The notes below the pieces were generated by a model. It was not told the origin of the DNA. It did no database searches and saw only the letters and a list, made by a program, of their open reading frames with translations. A stretch of DNA of 64,000 bases from Lytechinus pictus. Taxonomy: Eukaryota. The position numbers and the translations under genes were made by a program. The stretch covers positions 9,550,001 through 9,614,000 of the forward strand of contig NC_087251.1 in the NCBI RefSeq assembly GCF_037042905.1, read 5' to 3'. The number at the start of each line of letters is the position of its first letter. Within the stretch, counting starts at the first letter, position 1. Positions 12,130 through 25,571 of this stretch are shown one piece after another.

Positions 12130-15100
12130 ATTAATAATACAGTCAAACATGTAAGCCGCAGACAATCCTTCTTTATTATCATATTAATAAGCTGAGAGGA
12201 GATTTGGGGGAATTTCTTTTAATCAACTACTTTAACTTACATTTACAATACATTTGGATAAACATAATTATAGGCCTAGCTTTTTCTGAGAACAAAGTCA
12301 CAATGTACCTAAGAATGGAAATTGAGATTGTCATGATTGAAAGGAAAATGTACATTTTTAAGTGTAAGAAAAATTACAATATCAAAGACTATTATTTGTA
12401 TACTAGTAGTTCACAAAGGTTTATGCTCTAGTAAAGCCTTTGTAAGAAGCTTAACTAGTAAAACTGGGTCTATAAAGAAACTGATTTTAAGCTCGAGGCT
12501 AAACAAGGAAATGAAAAGGGTAACATAATTTTAAAGTTCCAATTGTAAATGAATTGGGAAAACTTTGCCTATACAAATCCATTAAATAAAATACAATGAA
12601 AAACTAAAACAGAATATGAGAAGCCATATTGTCGGGAATATCTAAACAATGGAATTAATCTACATTAACTGATTGAAATTTCCCCGCCAAACTTTTATAA
12701 AGGCATTGAGGTCCAGGCTCTTTGATAAAGGTATCGTTTGAATATAATCTCCAAAATAAAGTCTATATTTTAATGTAAATTTGAGATTTCTACAGAATAC
12801 CAATACTCATTAATAAAAGATTTTGAATACTAGTAGCTGAAATCTGAGAAGATGAGAGTATGAGCAGCTCCCACAATGAAATTGAAAAACAGAATGGATC
12901 TTTAAACTTTACTTTCCAAACTAGAATGCCAAAGAGATTGCAATCCGAACCCTGAAAGTACTGCTGAATAGTAGTATGACTCAAAAAGGAAATTCATGCT
13001 CTGTTAACTGAGAAACAAACAACATCAAGAAAGAAGAAACACATCATACACAGGAATGCACTTGTCAGTATTGAAAGCTGGGTTTATTTACAGATATCCA
13101 TGGTGAAAAGAGATTTCTAAAATAAACAATGTGATTAGTAATGTATTGTTGTGTTACAATGGGCTGTGAAACACTCAAAATCCTGAATTGATTGTTAACT
13201 TGATATGTATGATTTATTTCACAAATATGTATCTTATATATGAACCCATTGAGGTGCCATACCAGAGTGATCATATATTGATATGGAAAATTCACACTAT
13301 AGTTAGTAAGCAGTAAGAACTATTAAAGTATTAAATCTACTTGTTCATTTACTTGTTACTTCAATTTTTTTAACCCCCCCCCCAAAAAAAAAAAAAATGT
13401 GAATGTGACTAACTTTTTATCTATCATGTGTGAGGTGTGGGTCTTTGCAATGCCATAAAATTTCACATATTCTTGGGGTCAGTAAGGATCGACTTGATTT
13501 GATGTAAAAAAAATCATATTTTCTGCTCTCCTGCCAAATTGGCAACCAAGGTGGAGTGGGACCCCATGAACTCCCTTCCTGGCTTATCTGGTAATTTGAT
13601 TCAGCCGTGGACTTGATTCAATAACTACTTGTAATTTTGTTTTTCCAGCACTCCAATCATTGAGAGAGAACATGTGTACACACCAATCCTTCCATCAACT
13701 TTTGGAAATGAGTTTGTGAAATGCATACGGGCACCCAGAATGGAACCCCTTAAATCTCCTCAGACATTGAACTTTAGACTTGTTTTTTTATACTTAGTAA
13801 CAACCCAACTCCCAATTATCATTGAGGTCTAAAAGTAGCTTGTCCTGTTCCATTGGCATTAGAAAGGTTCATATTGTGAAACTGTTAACTAAGTGAAGTT
13901 TATTTATATACTAAAAAGTGGCATTACACTGTTGATCTTGTACATATTTACACACTAAGAATTTGCATGTAAAATCATGTGGACGCAACTTCATAGACAT
14001 GCAATAAAATTATGAGTGTTCAATCTACATACTTGTATACGTTTTTATAGTACATGTAGATCAAATGCTTTCAAATCTAGCAGTTTATCAACAAAAACTC
14101 ATTTATGCTATATTTCATTGCAGACACATTTAGATATAGAACATATATGAATAAAGAAATGTATATTAGCTGGTAAAAATGTACCATGTGAACATGACTA
14201 TTATCATTTCAATGCTCCTTGTTTACAATTCCCAAACCCTCTCAGAGGGAGACAAAGGGAAAGAGTATATATATTTTTTTTTCATGTATGGAAAGTGGGT
14301 AAACAATAATAGGACAATGACATTATTCATCATCAATATGGAGCTATTGTGTCCAGTGTAATTAGTTGTCATGGTTACATGGGCCCCTAGATAAAGTAAA
14401 TCTGTGAAAGAATTGCTCAGAATTGTCATACAAGTAATATAACTCCAACTGGAGAAAGGGGAGATTCACCAATTGTTTGGTAGTACTGCTTTATATTTTA
14501 GGGGTGAATGGTAAAGAATGTGTACATGACTGCATCAGTTCCCTGATCAAACTATTTATCAAGAAAATATGACATCATGCCGAGTGGTTTTAACAAGGAT
14601 ATAATGAGCACTTTTAGAAACGTACGTCGACATAGAGGACTGGCCTGCCATATGCCTCAGGTCCTCACACACGTCCACTATCAAAATCGAGAACCTCGCC
14701 ACATCCATTTTGCGGTTCTCCAAAATCATAGACGACGTGCACATGAGTGACGTCATTTTAACCGTTCAAGCCCAGCATGAAGATCAACCTTTTCCTTTTA
14801 AAACACAGTTTTCAGTGACTTTTCACAAAATTAATGTAAGTTGTACGATGCATTGTGTTTATCATATTTGAAATTGCTTTCTGATCACCAAAATATACAT
14901 GTACATCAATATATATCCTAACTCGCGTAAAAAGGAATCAAAGCAAGTGAAAGAGCACGTATGCACAAGTTGCACCTTTGCATCACCCAACCGGGTCGCC
15001 AGGCGATGGTGCGCCAGATCTTCCGGGTCGGGCAGCGTGTCATGACCCGCTGGTTATAAATCCTATATGTTTGCAATTTAATTATAGAATATCACATAAC

Positions 15101-18100
15101 CTTGACCTACATCACCTTTGTATTGGAAGTAAAAAAAAAGGCTAAGACTTTCCCAAGAAATAGTAGTTAGATATCTAGTCCTATTTCCCATGCATCATCA
15201 TTGCACCAATTCACACATTATAGGCTTCATCAATCACTTTCCACACCGCTTGTAATTGGCCGAGCGGGCCTGGCAAATTTGGGGCAGTGAGTGAGTTGAT
15301 GGGGTTGGCAATAGTATTTGTGAATTTAGACATAACTTCTGAAGGAGTCATGTTGTTTGGGAGCAGGAGGATATATCATTAGGTGCTCATCTTGTTGTCA
15401 ACATGTCAGGGATGATTAATAGTAAGTCAAGCCTGATAGTTCACAGCCCTCCCGCCAATTGGCCAGCTCCAGTACTCAAGATTTTATTCTTTTACATCAT
15501 TTTGCCTCTCATTTAACTATTTTCCTTAATCACACAAAGTTATCCTAATATCATCTTCCCATAAATGAATGCATCATAAACGTAGTTATTTTGTGTTTGT
15601 ACACCTCAGCATTAGCAAGAATAGAATATTTGCATCAATTTTTTAATGACAAGACAGACTGTGAAACAGGCTATCCCAGTTTATGTAAAGCCCTGTCAGA
15701 TGAAATTGAAGAAGATGCTTGAGCATGTGAATAACAACATCATCCCGGAACACTGATTTGAGTTTGTTACAATGATCTGCCTCCCGGTGTCATTTCAAGA
15801 TCTGGGATTTCTTTAATTTTGAAGTTTTGTATATACTTGACGTGACAGCTCCCATACACACATACCAGACCAAATTGATAAATATTTCATCAGCACTAGA
15901 GTTGTTTGGATTTTCAGAGCTGCTGCTGTCCAATTCATCTACCATGTGATAAAGATACTGTGTACTAGAGCAAGGCACTGATGCATATTCACTCCAAATG
16001 ACAAAAATATTTTTTCAAGGAGGAGAGGTGTTATTGTGATGATAATTGATATCACATCTAGAGCAGGATAACAAACATCTGACCTGGCCCATCATAATCA
16101 AAACTAACCTCCGCCAGATGAGAGTTTCAATAATAAAGACATAGCCTTTGATCAACCATATTATAAATAAATGATATCCCAACTCTCAAGTTTCAGAGCT
16201 AGCTTCAAATGATTGATTTCTGACAAATTATGACAGAAAGCTTTCAAGTAAATGCCCACTCATTCCTTTTGACTCTATATCTATTATTTACTTGATAGAG
16301 TACTTTGAACATTCATTAAATTTCAACAAAACATGATATCAAAGCATTAATTGGCACACATCCAATGTCAATGTTGTGCATAGAACATCAAGGTTTCACC
16401 AGTTCCTTTGAACTTGCAGTACTGAATAAATAGTATAATTCATGAGTATAACCATGGATTCTAGAAGAATTTTTTTTATGTGATGAATCCTCCTTGAAGT
16501 TAATTCTTTCCACCCATGGGAATTTCAATAATAATAAACCAATGTAGAAAGGAAAATGAAAGAGAAACAAATGATTTTAAAAGATTATTGAAGAGTATTT
16601 GATATCACAGTCTTGTCTTTGAAACACCTCTAGCCATACCATGAGGATTGTTCACACCCTAGGGAGTGATTGACACAACAAGCTATCTCTACTATTCCAC
16701 TTTCCTGAATGCCAAGGACTTTCCTTCTAATGGCAATGTTCACACTTTGAATATTATGTTCCCATAGTCCTCACTACTGTACAAAAAAAAGAACCAACAA
16801 CTTGGAAAAAAGAGATTTTGTTATACACGAAAGGTTTAGTATCATTTTGCTATTTAAAAAAAACATGTATTGGACACAGCAGGTCGAACAAATGGCAAAA
16901 TGATTATCCCTTGTACATGTACCATGTTGTATCCATTCCATTCAGAAGCATGTTATTTAATGTTGTCAACCAATGTGAACTGAACTTGATGTTGTCATAA
17001 AATCCTGCCCCCTCTCTTCTGATGGCCTTTCCAACCAAATAAACATCATTAAATCATTATTACTTGGAATCCCTGAATGCCATTGAAAATAGAACTCGGG
17101 GTTTAGGTGCATCTTTGCAAATAAAAAAAAACTCTCCCAAATAGTTATACCTGATAAATATCATGTCAAAATTAAGTTCAATCCCTTCACACAGAACTTG
17201 CTAACTAAAAATCAACCCAATTTTTAAAGTCCGCAACATCATTCATTGGACTCAAACCCTGGAGCTCCATGCTCAAACCACAACGATCAGGGCTTGCTAA
17301 ACCATGAAGCCAAGCTCAACTACACATGATGTCGGGATGGGCTATGGATCACTGATATCATGGATATTAGCAAATAGGCTTATGTAGAGTAAATGAGTGA
17401 GTGAAATAGTAATTTTCTGAAAAATGGTTATCAAGGGGACTGGGTCCAACTGCGAGCAATTGAAAAGGAGAATGTCATACAAATTCATACCATGAAGTTT
17501 GCATATTTGTGGTGATGAAAGTATTAAATGATGTATGAAATTAATAGACAAGCTTGATTCATACGAAATGTAGAAAATTGGTACACGACTCCACGACGAG
17601 GTCAAAGTTGACTTCCAGCCAATGAATTGCGTGCATAGTAGACATAGACGTGGATGGACATTCTCATTAGGCAATATGTATCATAGCATGTGGGCGGCAG
17701 CTGCAGTGGTCTCTCTCCCTTCATGAAACTTTGAAGCTTATTCTTTGTTTGTGACTGGCAAGAGATCTATATGGATCCATGGTATTTATGATCATTGCGT
17801 GCTATCTTGTGTACATTGTGTCCAATCATATCATATCAAACAAAGATACCATGAAACTGTGTGCAAGTTGGAGTTGATGTATCACATTACTAGTAAATCA
17901 ATTTGCAGTGAGCGAACAGAATGTAACAACGATTCACCAAAACTAATCTTAATCCTGTGAGTCAGCTGTTACCAATTAATGCTGTAACTGAATAGTAGTC
18001 GACAAAAACTAGGTCTGGGTCAGTAATAATTAAGGAAGTAGGGCTAATTCCTATTTTAATGCTGTTGTTTTGTTTTTCTCAGACATTAGATAGCACAGCT

Positions 18101-18398
18101 TACCTTTTTGTAACTGATATTACAATCGTTAGCAAATAAAGGGTAGTCACTTTAAATCCTTTCTAATGGATATACTCCAGATAGATACGTTTATGTAACT
18201 CCTATTATACCCAACCTATTCCCCTGGTTCCTACAATATGAAAATAACAAGATCGTTTATTATCTATTTTCTTTCTAAAATCAAATAATCAAGCAAATGA
18301 AAAGTAGAAATTCAGTAATGATATCAAAAGTAAAACTAAAGAATAAGATTTCAGACGAAACTATCTATATCCACTCACAAATTAAAGTATAGTAGAAG

Positions 18399-18429
18399 CA
18401 GGGATATGCATATCCCTGGTAGATCTCTG
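18399..18429. mobile_element. 31-bp mini-insertion or footprint with 7-bp TSD
   Basis: GTAGAAG-[CAGGGATATGCATATCCCTG GTAGATCTCTG]-GTAGAAG; the first 20 bp form a perfect palindrome. Confidence 0.6.
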
Positions 18430-19264
18430 GTAGAAGTGAATTGAAGGGAAAGTGGAAGAGAATTATAAAATGTCATCTCACACATTGCCTTTAATACTTT
18501 GTTTGCCAGTTGGTGGGATTACCTGGGGCAAGATAGCATCTGCATTCTGTTAGAGGGGTATATGATTTCATAGTTGATGGGGACCAAAAGAGGTGGATTG
18601 GGAGTTCCAAAACAAGACAAGGGACTACCCCAATCAACATACAAAGGTCACTTGAATGACCTTATTTCAGGTCAAGGACCAGAATCGCAGTTTACACTCA
18701 AGCTTGTGGAATGTGGGGTTTCAGATGGATGCATGTGCAATGGAGCAATCATGTAAAATCTTATGAAGGATCTATTGTGAGTTACCTAGGGCACACAATT
18801 ACAATACATGGACACTTATATGTTATACAATAGATGGTGAGACCTAGCTGGGAAATGAAGTCTTTATTGGACAAATAAAAAGAAATTCTGTATTGAAGAA
18901 AATGGGTAATAAATTATTTCATTCATTATTCTAAGTTTAAAAAACTGCACTGTCGAGATGTGATGGATATTGCTTATAAATAAGCCTAGGCCTCTGGGCC
19001 AACTTAAATGCAATTTTCATTTTAATATCTCATTCTCTCTATGATCTCTCTCCATCTCTTTGTTTTACTCCTCTCTTTATCTCTTTCTCTCTCTCTTTAG
19101 TGCTTGCCATTACTATACATGTCTATCTAATAACAAATTCATCATATTTTCTTAATGTAATTTCCCCAGATGCTTAATTAATGACCTCTTCAGCTCAAAT
19201 GTATTCCTCACACCTAACAAAAGGAGAGTAGGCCTATATAGCCTATTTACAGCAATACATGTAG

Positions 19265-19284
19265 CATAGAGTAATAGCTCCATG
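19265..19284. mobile_element. Second copy of the 20-bp palindromic mini-element, 7-bp TSD
   Basis: CATGTAG-[CATAGAGTAATAGCTCCATG]-CATGTAG; 18/20 identical to 3626-3645. Confidence 0.7.
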
Positions 19285-19942
19285 CATGTAGTGTACCCGT
19301 GTGTAAATCATATCTTTAAGCCCCTGGCATGGCAGATAGAATTGAAATCTCTTGCTGAGATCTAAAGAAGAGGGATCTAGGAGAAATCACTCAACCTATT
19401 TCTAGCCTGTGTTCAAGGCACCTGGGAGAGTATTTTTCTTCTGACTTCATCATGCCCCCCCCCCATACTTAATATTAGACTTGACCTAAAATAAGTTTTA
19501 GGAATCAAATTCAATAGTCCTTCACATTTGTCATTCATTTCTAAAGTTAACACAAAATTTAAATAACTTTTCTCTTTATATTTACACTCTCTGATTTATA
19601 AGTATTTAAACTATAAACCACTAAATTAGGTTAATTAGGAAATAGCTAAATGGTGATGAAATACTATCTGGTGTGACATTCATGCAGGTATATTCCTGTA
19701 CATGTATAGTAGGCCTACCACTACCAGGGAAATTATCAAATCACTGAAAGGGAGACAGGACTATAATGTAGGCGTGGTTTGTTGTTATTTTCATTGATGT
19801 CACAGTGAAATGAGTGGATGCACTGAAAATGGAAATTTAAAGGAAAAATAAGCCTATTTGTAGGACATTTATTTAAATCTAAATTTAGCAGGAACAGTGT
19901 GTTGGTCTATTGTGTTTACTACTATAGAGTATAGACATCCTG

Positions 19943-20071
19943 GGCCCCGTAACACAAAGGTTAGCGATTAATCGTACGCTCGATTTTCACGATTGATTGT
20001 ACATTGTAGTCAATGGAATCAATCGTAGAAAAATGTTCTATGGTCATTGCTAAGCTTTGTGTTACGGGCCC
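19943..20071. mobile_element. 129-bp PIF/Harbinger-like MITE
   Basis: TIRs GGCCCCGTAACACAAAGGTTAGC / GCTAAGCTTTGTGTTACGGGCCC with CTG duplicated on both sides; CpG retained. Confidence 0.85.
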
Positions 20072-21870
20072 CTGGTCATAATAATATAGAACATTTAGTA
20101 GGCAAAAATACTGCATGAATCAATAATCTTGATTGTTTTGAAAGCTGTATGAAATGTGCCACATCTTAGCACCTACAACTGTACTCCATTCATAATTGAG
20201 ATAATGGGCAATTAATAAAAGGAATGTATGTGGGATTCAAATTATGCAATTTCAACCTACCTTAATACGAACTAGTTTGGCTGATTTTAATCCATGACCG
20301 TGGAGTGTGTGTCTCTTTGTAAACATTTTCTGTTGTAAAAATAAGAGAAAAATAAGAGGAAAAATTAAAACTATAGAGCAACAAATTCATGTACATACAT
20401 GTAGGCCCTACTGTAATCAATCATTAATCAATCATCAAAAGGTGCAAAATGGTTTTTTAGCATAATTTTCACATAAATAAATAAACATATATAGGCCTAC
20501 ATGTAGATCCATCTGGTCCATATGAAAAGCATAGTAACCTCGGAATGATTTCATCGCTGAAGATTCCTTCTAGTCATGTGACTCTTTGTTTAATTTGCAC
20601 ATAAATCAACAGCTGATCAGTGCAACAAATAGGCCTTACTACCATGATTGATTTATCAATTGATCTGGATAGGAAACAACTTCCAAGGCTAAATATAAAA
20701 ACAATCTGCCAACTAGTAGAATTCATAGTACAATATACTGTAGATTTGATTCTGTGCTCTATCAGTTAAAGACTAACAGTGCAATAACACAGGCAAATCT
20801 CACTCCAGACCAATTAAAGGTATTATGATGTGTAGGCTTTGAGTCTATGTTGATTTTAATGCCATACCAACAGACGTTTGGAGTTGGTTCCCTTGACCAT
20901 TGTGACTTCATCAATATGCAGAAGATTTACACTCAATTACAGGAACCATAACTAGTATATTTGTGACACAGAGCCTACTACAAACTCTACATGAAAACTT
21001 TGCCATCAGCCAGACAATTGTCATGATTTCAAAAGTTAATCAACTTACTCATAATACTGTTATCATAATGTGATATGAAACTGGGACCCTCTTTAATAGA
21101 TTGTTAATATGTAGGGGGAGCCTACACATAAAAGGACCTATACATGATATTCAGCTTTTCAGATATGTTATAACCGTGATCTATTCACCAAATGCAACAA
21201 AATACCCTGCAATTTCCAAGTCCCCCCCCCCCCCCAGCACCAGTAAAATTTAAACACTTTTTTATGCTGCATCTAAAAACAATTTTTATGTTGTTACCAA
21301 ATAGGCCTGCCTTGAATAAGAGAATGAATATATATCAAACTACTATAACAAACCAGCCAACCTGGCCACATGCCAATTTTGACATCAAAACACACCTCAT
21401 TCTTCTGCACAAGTTAGTCTATACATGAAAGCTTCATATTGTATAGAAATTGGAATGAAAATGTGTGGTAGTTTTGCATTCGGATTCAGTATCACTCATC
21501 AGGGTTATATTGTCACGACAGTCCCTACTTACATGTATGTTGAAAAGCCTACATTTCATTCTAATATTTTATTCATAACAAACTGAATCAATGATGAAGA
21601 ATGGATGGTAACCTAATCCCCCCTCTGCAAGCTTCATCCAGATGAGATTAAAAAGCCCTTTTGGCAAAGGTACCTACCTCCATTGGCATGGAGAACTTAA
21701 AGTGGTAATAGAAACTTGGCTAATTTAATATAAAAAAATTCCAGGCAGGCTGTTTCCTACCAGATAATCGGTGCACTGAAAAGTCAATCCTGACACACAA
21801 GGGCCAGGAAGAAACAGAAACAACAAAATCAATATTCAATTTCATGTTATTGAAAGAGCAGAGGATCATT

Positions 21871-22345
21871 AGGTGGTTTCAAACCGCCTCGATCATAAGA
21901 ATCCCCGTTAAATTATGAGAACTTTTTTAGGCTAAAAAATACCCATTAATTATTCCTGCATTCACACCGCCCCGAAACATACCCTTAAGGATAAATTCCT
22001 GAAGTAAGGAGTATGCGCAGTATGGTCTGATAAGCAGGCAAGGCGCGATATTCAAAACCACTAGCTCAGCAGCCACCCACGGCGCCCGCGCCCAACTACA
22101 CGCTGGGCTAAAAGTTCCCGTAAATTGCTTTCACATTGCCAAAATACCTGCGACCTTGGAAAAATCCCCGCGAAAGTTCTCGTTATTTTGCCAAGTACCT
22201 ACTATTTAGTGGGTATTTTCTTTCGGGGATATTACGCGTAATTTGCTTTCACATTGCCAATATTACCTGGATTTTCTGATCAGGTAAATTTCCCGATCAG
22301 AAAATACCTGGAACTGACAAACTTCGAGGCGGTCTGAAACCACCT
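21871..22345. mobile_element. 475-bp non-autonomous DNA transposon (ATT 3-bp TSD; a TA reading is also possible)
   Basis: 22-bp TIRs AGGTGGTTTCAAACCGCCTCGA / TCGAGGCGGTCTGAAACCACCT (1 mismatch). Internal repeat TTGCTTTCACATTGCCAA near 22125 and 22243; CpG-rich. Confidence 0.9.
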
Positions 22346-25089
22346 ATTGTGTCAAGGTAAATTAGCAACATGTTAGAACATGTACCACACATGCCAAATG
22401 GATCCACAGTTTTAACTTACAGGTAAATGTCATATTTCTCTTGTTCGCATGCCTATGAAACAATCCCTTGTTGCACCTGCATGTGCATGATAAATTGATA
22501 TTCTTGACCCCTTTTTGGTAGTCCTACAATGCTATATCCCAACTGTAAATGTTTTTATAGCATTGTCTCACTGTAGAAATTCCTGCATACAAAATGTTGT
22601 GCCCTAAGTTCACCATATTGCCAAAGCAAGAAACTATAAAAAGAAGTGAAAAGAAAGTAATGAATGAAATCTGAATTCTAACACCAAACAGAAAAGCAGA
22701 TTTCACAAATTCACCACTACAGCCAGGCCTAAAGGTTTTCTCAAAGACTGCATATAGTCAGAGTCAGGTCTGCAATTGCCCATGTTTCTTTTTATGGCAT
22801 AAGAAAATTATTTAGGACTGTTGAGTAATTAGGGTTTCCTTTATTCAGTTTAATAATTTAGTCCCAGCTTCTGTATTTACTTTAATACTTCAGATTTCTT
22901 TTCAATGTAGATCTGAATATTTATTTGACCTTCACTGTATAGCCTACTGATTACTTGCACTACTGTAATAACACCTTCAAAAATTATTTTAAAGTTTCAA
23001 TAAAATTTCAGACACTTCAGGGGGTTGGTTTCACAGGCCTAATCACTTCTTTATGATGTTCTGTTTTCATTGTCCATCTTTTCTGTTAATATCATCACCA
23101 ACTTCTTTATCAAGATTAAGATTTGTGATAAAGTAATTCATGGCATCCAAAACATTTTGTCAACCCACATTTCAATAAAACTTTAATATCTTCACAGAAT
23201 ATGGCCTTCACCCTAATAACCAAAGCTCAAGTCTACCATATGAAGCCACACAATAGAGGATTCCCCCAAAGACCTTGTATTGTGAGTGATAAGAAAAACC
23301 CCTTCCCACTAATGATTTGAGGGAGATGTATGCTAACAAGGAAAGATAAGTGGAATTGATTTTGACATTGCATGCCCAACCTCAACAGAGCTCTATTTGT
23401 GAGGGAGATGATAGAATAAACAAGCAGGAAAATCCCAAGGGATAAAAGTCCACTATTGAGTGCACAGTAATGCATGGATGGTGATTACACCCACTTTGCA
23501 GCAAGCTGCTATAATAAGGGACCTGTTTTCCAACCCCAGGTCAATCATGGCCTTGGATCTCATACTTTATTTTAAACACAAGCAGGACTTCACCATTTCT
23601 TTCTCTCACATTAATTTCATTCTAACCACTTTCTTTCCAGGCCCAGCTGATACATATAGCTGTTGGAGGAGTTACAATTTAATCTATGAAAAAAATCCTT
23701 TAAATAAAATGGCAATAGTGGTACAAGATAACCTGGGCTTGGAAGTCCATGATTATTTTGTGCAAAGTGTCTGACATTCAAGGCTAGCACAGAAAACAGA
23801 GAGACAAAGAAGGCTACCTCCTAGTGCTGTCAGTGCAGTGAGAGGAAAAGCCACATATGATTTGCAGGAAGTGCACTATTTGGCCATAGCAGAGCCATTA
23901 AAAATGTTTGAAATTCTGAAGATAATAAATATAAGACAGTAAGCTCAAAAGTCAGTCATAAAGACAAATATTAAAAAAACATGAAAAACGCAATTATGCA
24001 AACACATTATTTGATCTCTTCAAAATAAGAGGGCATGCCATAGGCCTATAATTTACTTCATGTATTGCTTTTTTTTTGCACAACTACTAGTAGACATGTG
24101 TTGTTACAGGTGTCAGTGCCTGGACAATTTCATGTCTTTTTTGTTTGCCTTTTTATTTATGAATGATATATTTCCTTGGAATGTGTGACATACATGTGTC
24201 TTTTCTGATCTTTTATCTCCCCCCTATCTCTTGTTTCCTTTTTTATTGTAGGGCTTTCTTTCACTAGCATATCAAAGCCACACCCTTCTGAAATGTTCTT
24301 TTTTTTCATAGCCCTACTCTTTGTGCCAGGTGATGACTGTCAACACATGTTGCAATGGAGGGAGTGATCCCTGGTTGAAAGGTAATACCTGCATTTCTCC
24401 TGGCAAAGGGTGTTCAATGAAGATCATTTGATCACAATTTTAGAATGTCTGATAATTTCTTAAATAGGCCTATAATGATACAATACTACTTTAACAAGTG
24501 CTAAACCTTCAATTAACAAACTAAAAATGAGCAGGTTTGTAGATCCATGATAGGTTCACCAGAATTGGATATAACACATGTAGGCCTATACTACAGTCTG
24601 CAATGCATGTAAATTACAGCTTTGCTGGGTTGGCACTGCAAGCTGCCATCAGCATAGTCAATATCGAGAGGTCAATAAGCACTTCCTGCCAGCTAACAAC
24701 ATGCACCCTGCTCAGATTGCAATCCCCTTACATCTGAATAAGCTTAAGGTTTCTTTTGTTCCTAAAGAATGAAGTTCAGAGGGTCTTGCAAGTAAGTGTG
24801 AGTTTCTTAACCTAGGGGAAAATGGCATTTAGAGTGGAGAATTAAAAAATAACAGATTTGGGCTGTTGTCATATTAAAGGTTGTTGTGGTACATGTATAT
24901 TGAGAAAGGCCAAGAGAATTTTTGAGAAATCATGCATGCCACCGATTTAAAAAAGAAAAAATCAGGATAGGCCCATTTGATTATGAGACCATTCATTCAC
25001 AATAATATGAATCTCTGTAATGATCACAATTATGATGATCCATAAAAAGGAGAGGATCAGGAAAGAAAATAAAATGTATAAATCTTTAC

Positions 25090-25571
25090 CTGTTGCATTT
25101 TTTCAAAGTCTATCCTTCTACCACTCTGCAATTGTGTATCATGATGACTAAGTCTGTGTCTTTTCCTTGGTGAGCATGAATCTCCTGATGATGGACTAAC
25201 AACATTTGCCATGAAATGAGTTTTACTATCTATTCTCTTTGGTGAGAGTTTACAAAGATGCTTTGGAGGTGAGGTGCTGAATTGCAAAGGGGATGCAGTC
25301 TTTGTGAAAAGATCTTTGACTTCCTCATCACTAGAACTGGAAACATCACTATTCCTATTCCACTGGTTCATCTGTGACCACTTCCGCTTTTCAGAAATTT
25401 GTCTGTCCATACAAGCAAGTTCTTCTTCAGAACTATTTCTGTCAGCTGTTGAAAACAGAATGTTCTCTGACGAGCTATCCTCCAAGGGTCTTGGTTTTGT
25501 GGCAAGTGATGGGGTCTGATTATGGAGAGGTCCTGGAACCTGTCCCATGGCTCCGTTGCAAAGCCTTCTTT
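25090..25571 (-). CDS. Coding exon 3 (482 nt; ...EDSSSEN...KRKW...SSSSDEE...FSTSPPK...SPRKRHR...IDFEKMQQ)
   Basis: T-rich tract plus TTGCAG acceptor. The phase-1 entry puts it in the frame of track ORF 25057..25548, which has protein-like composition. Donor CAG|GTAAAG (phase 0). Confidence 0.88.

Noticed and set aside
15790..15978. Minus-strand ORF with acidic Ser-rich peptide (DELDSSSSENPNNSSADE) as an extra exon
   Set aside because: I could not find a convincing phase-0 acceptor/donor pair; not excluded without RNA data.
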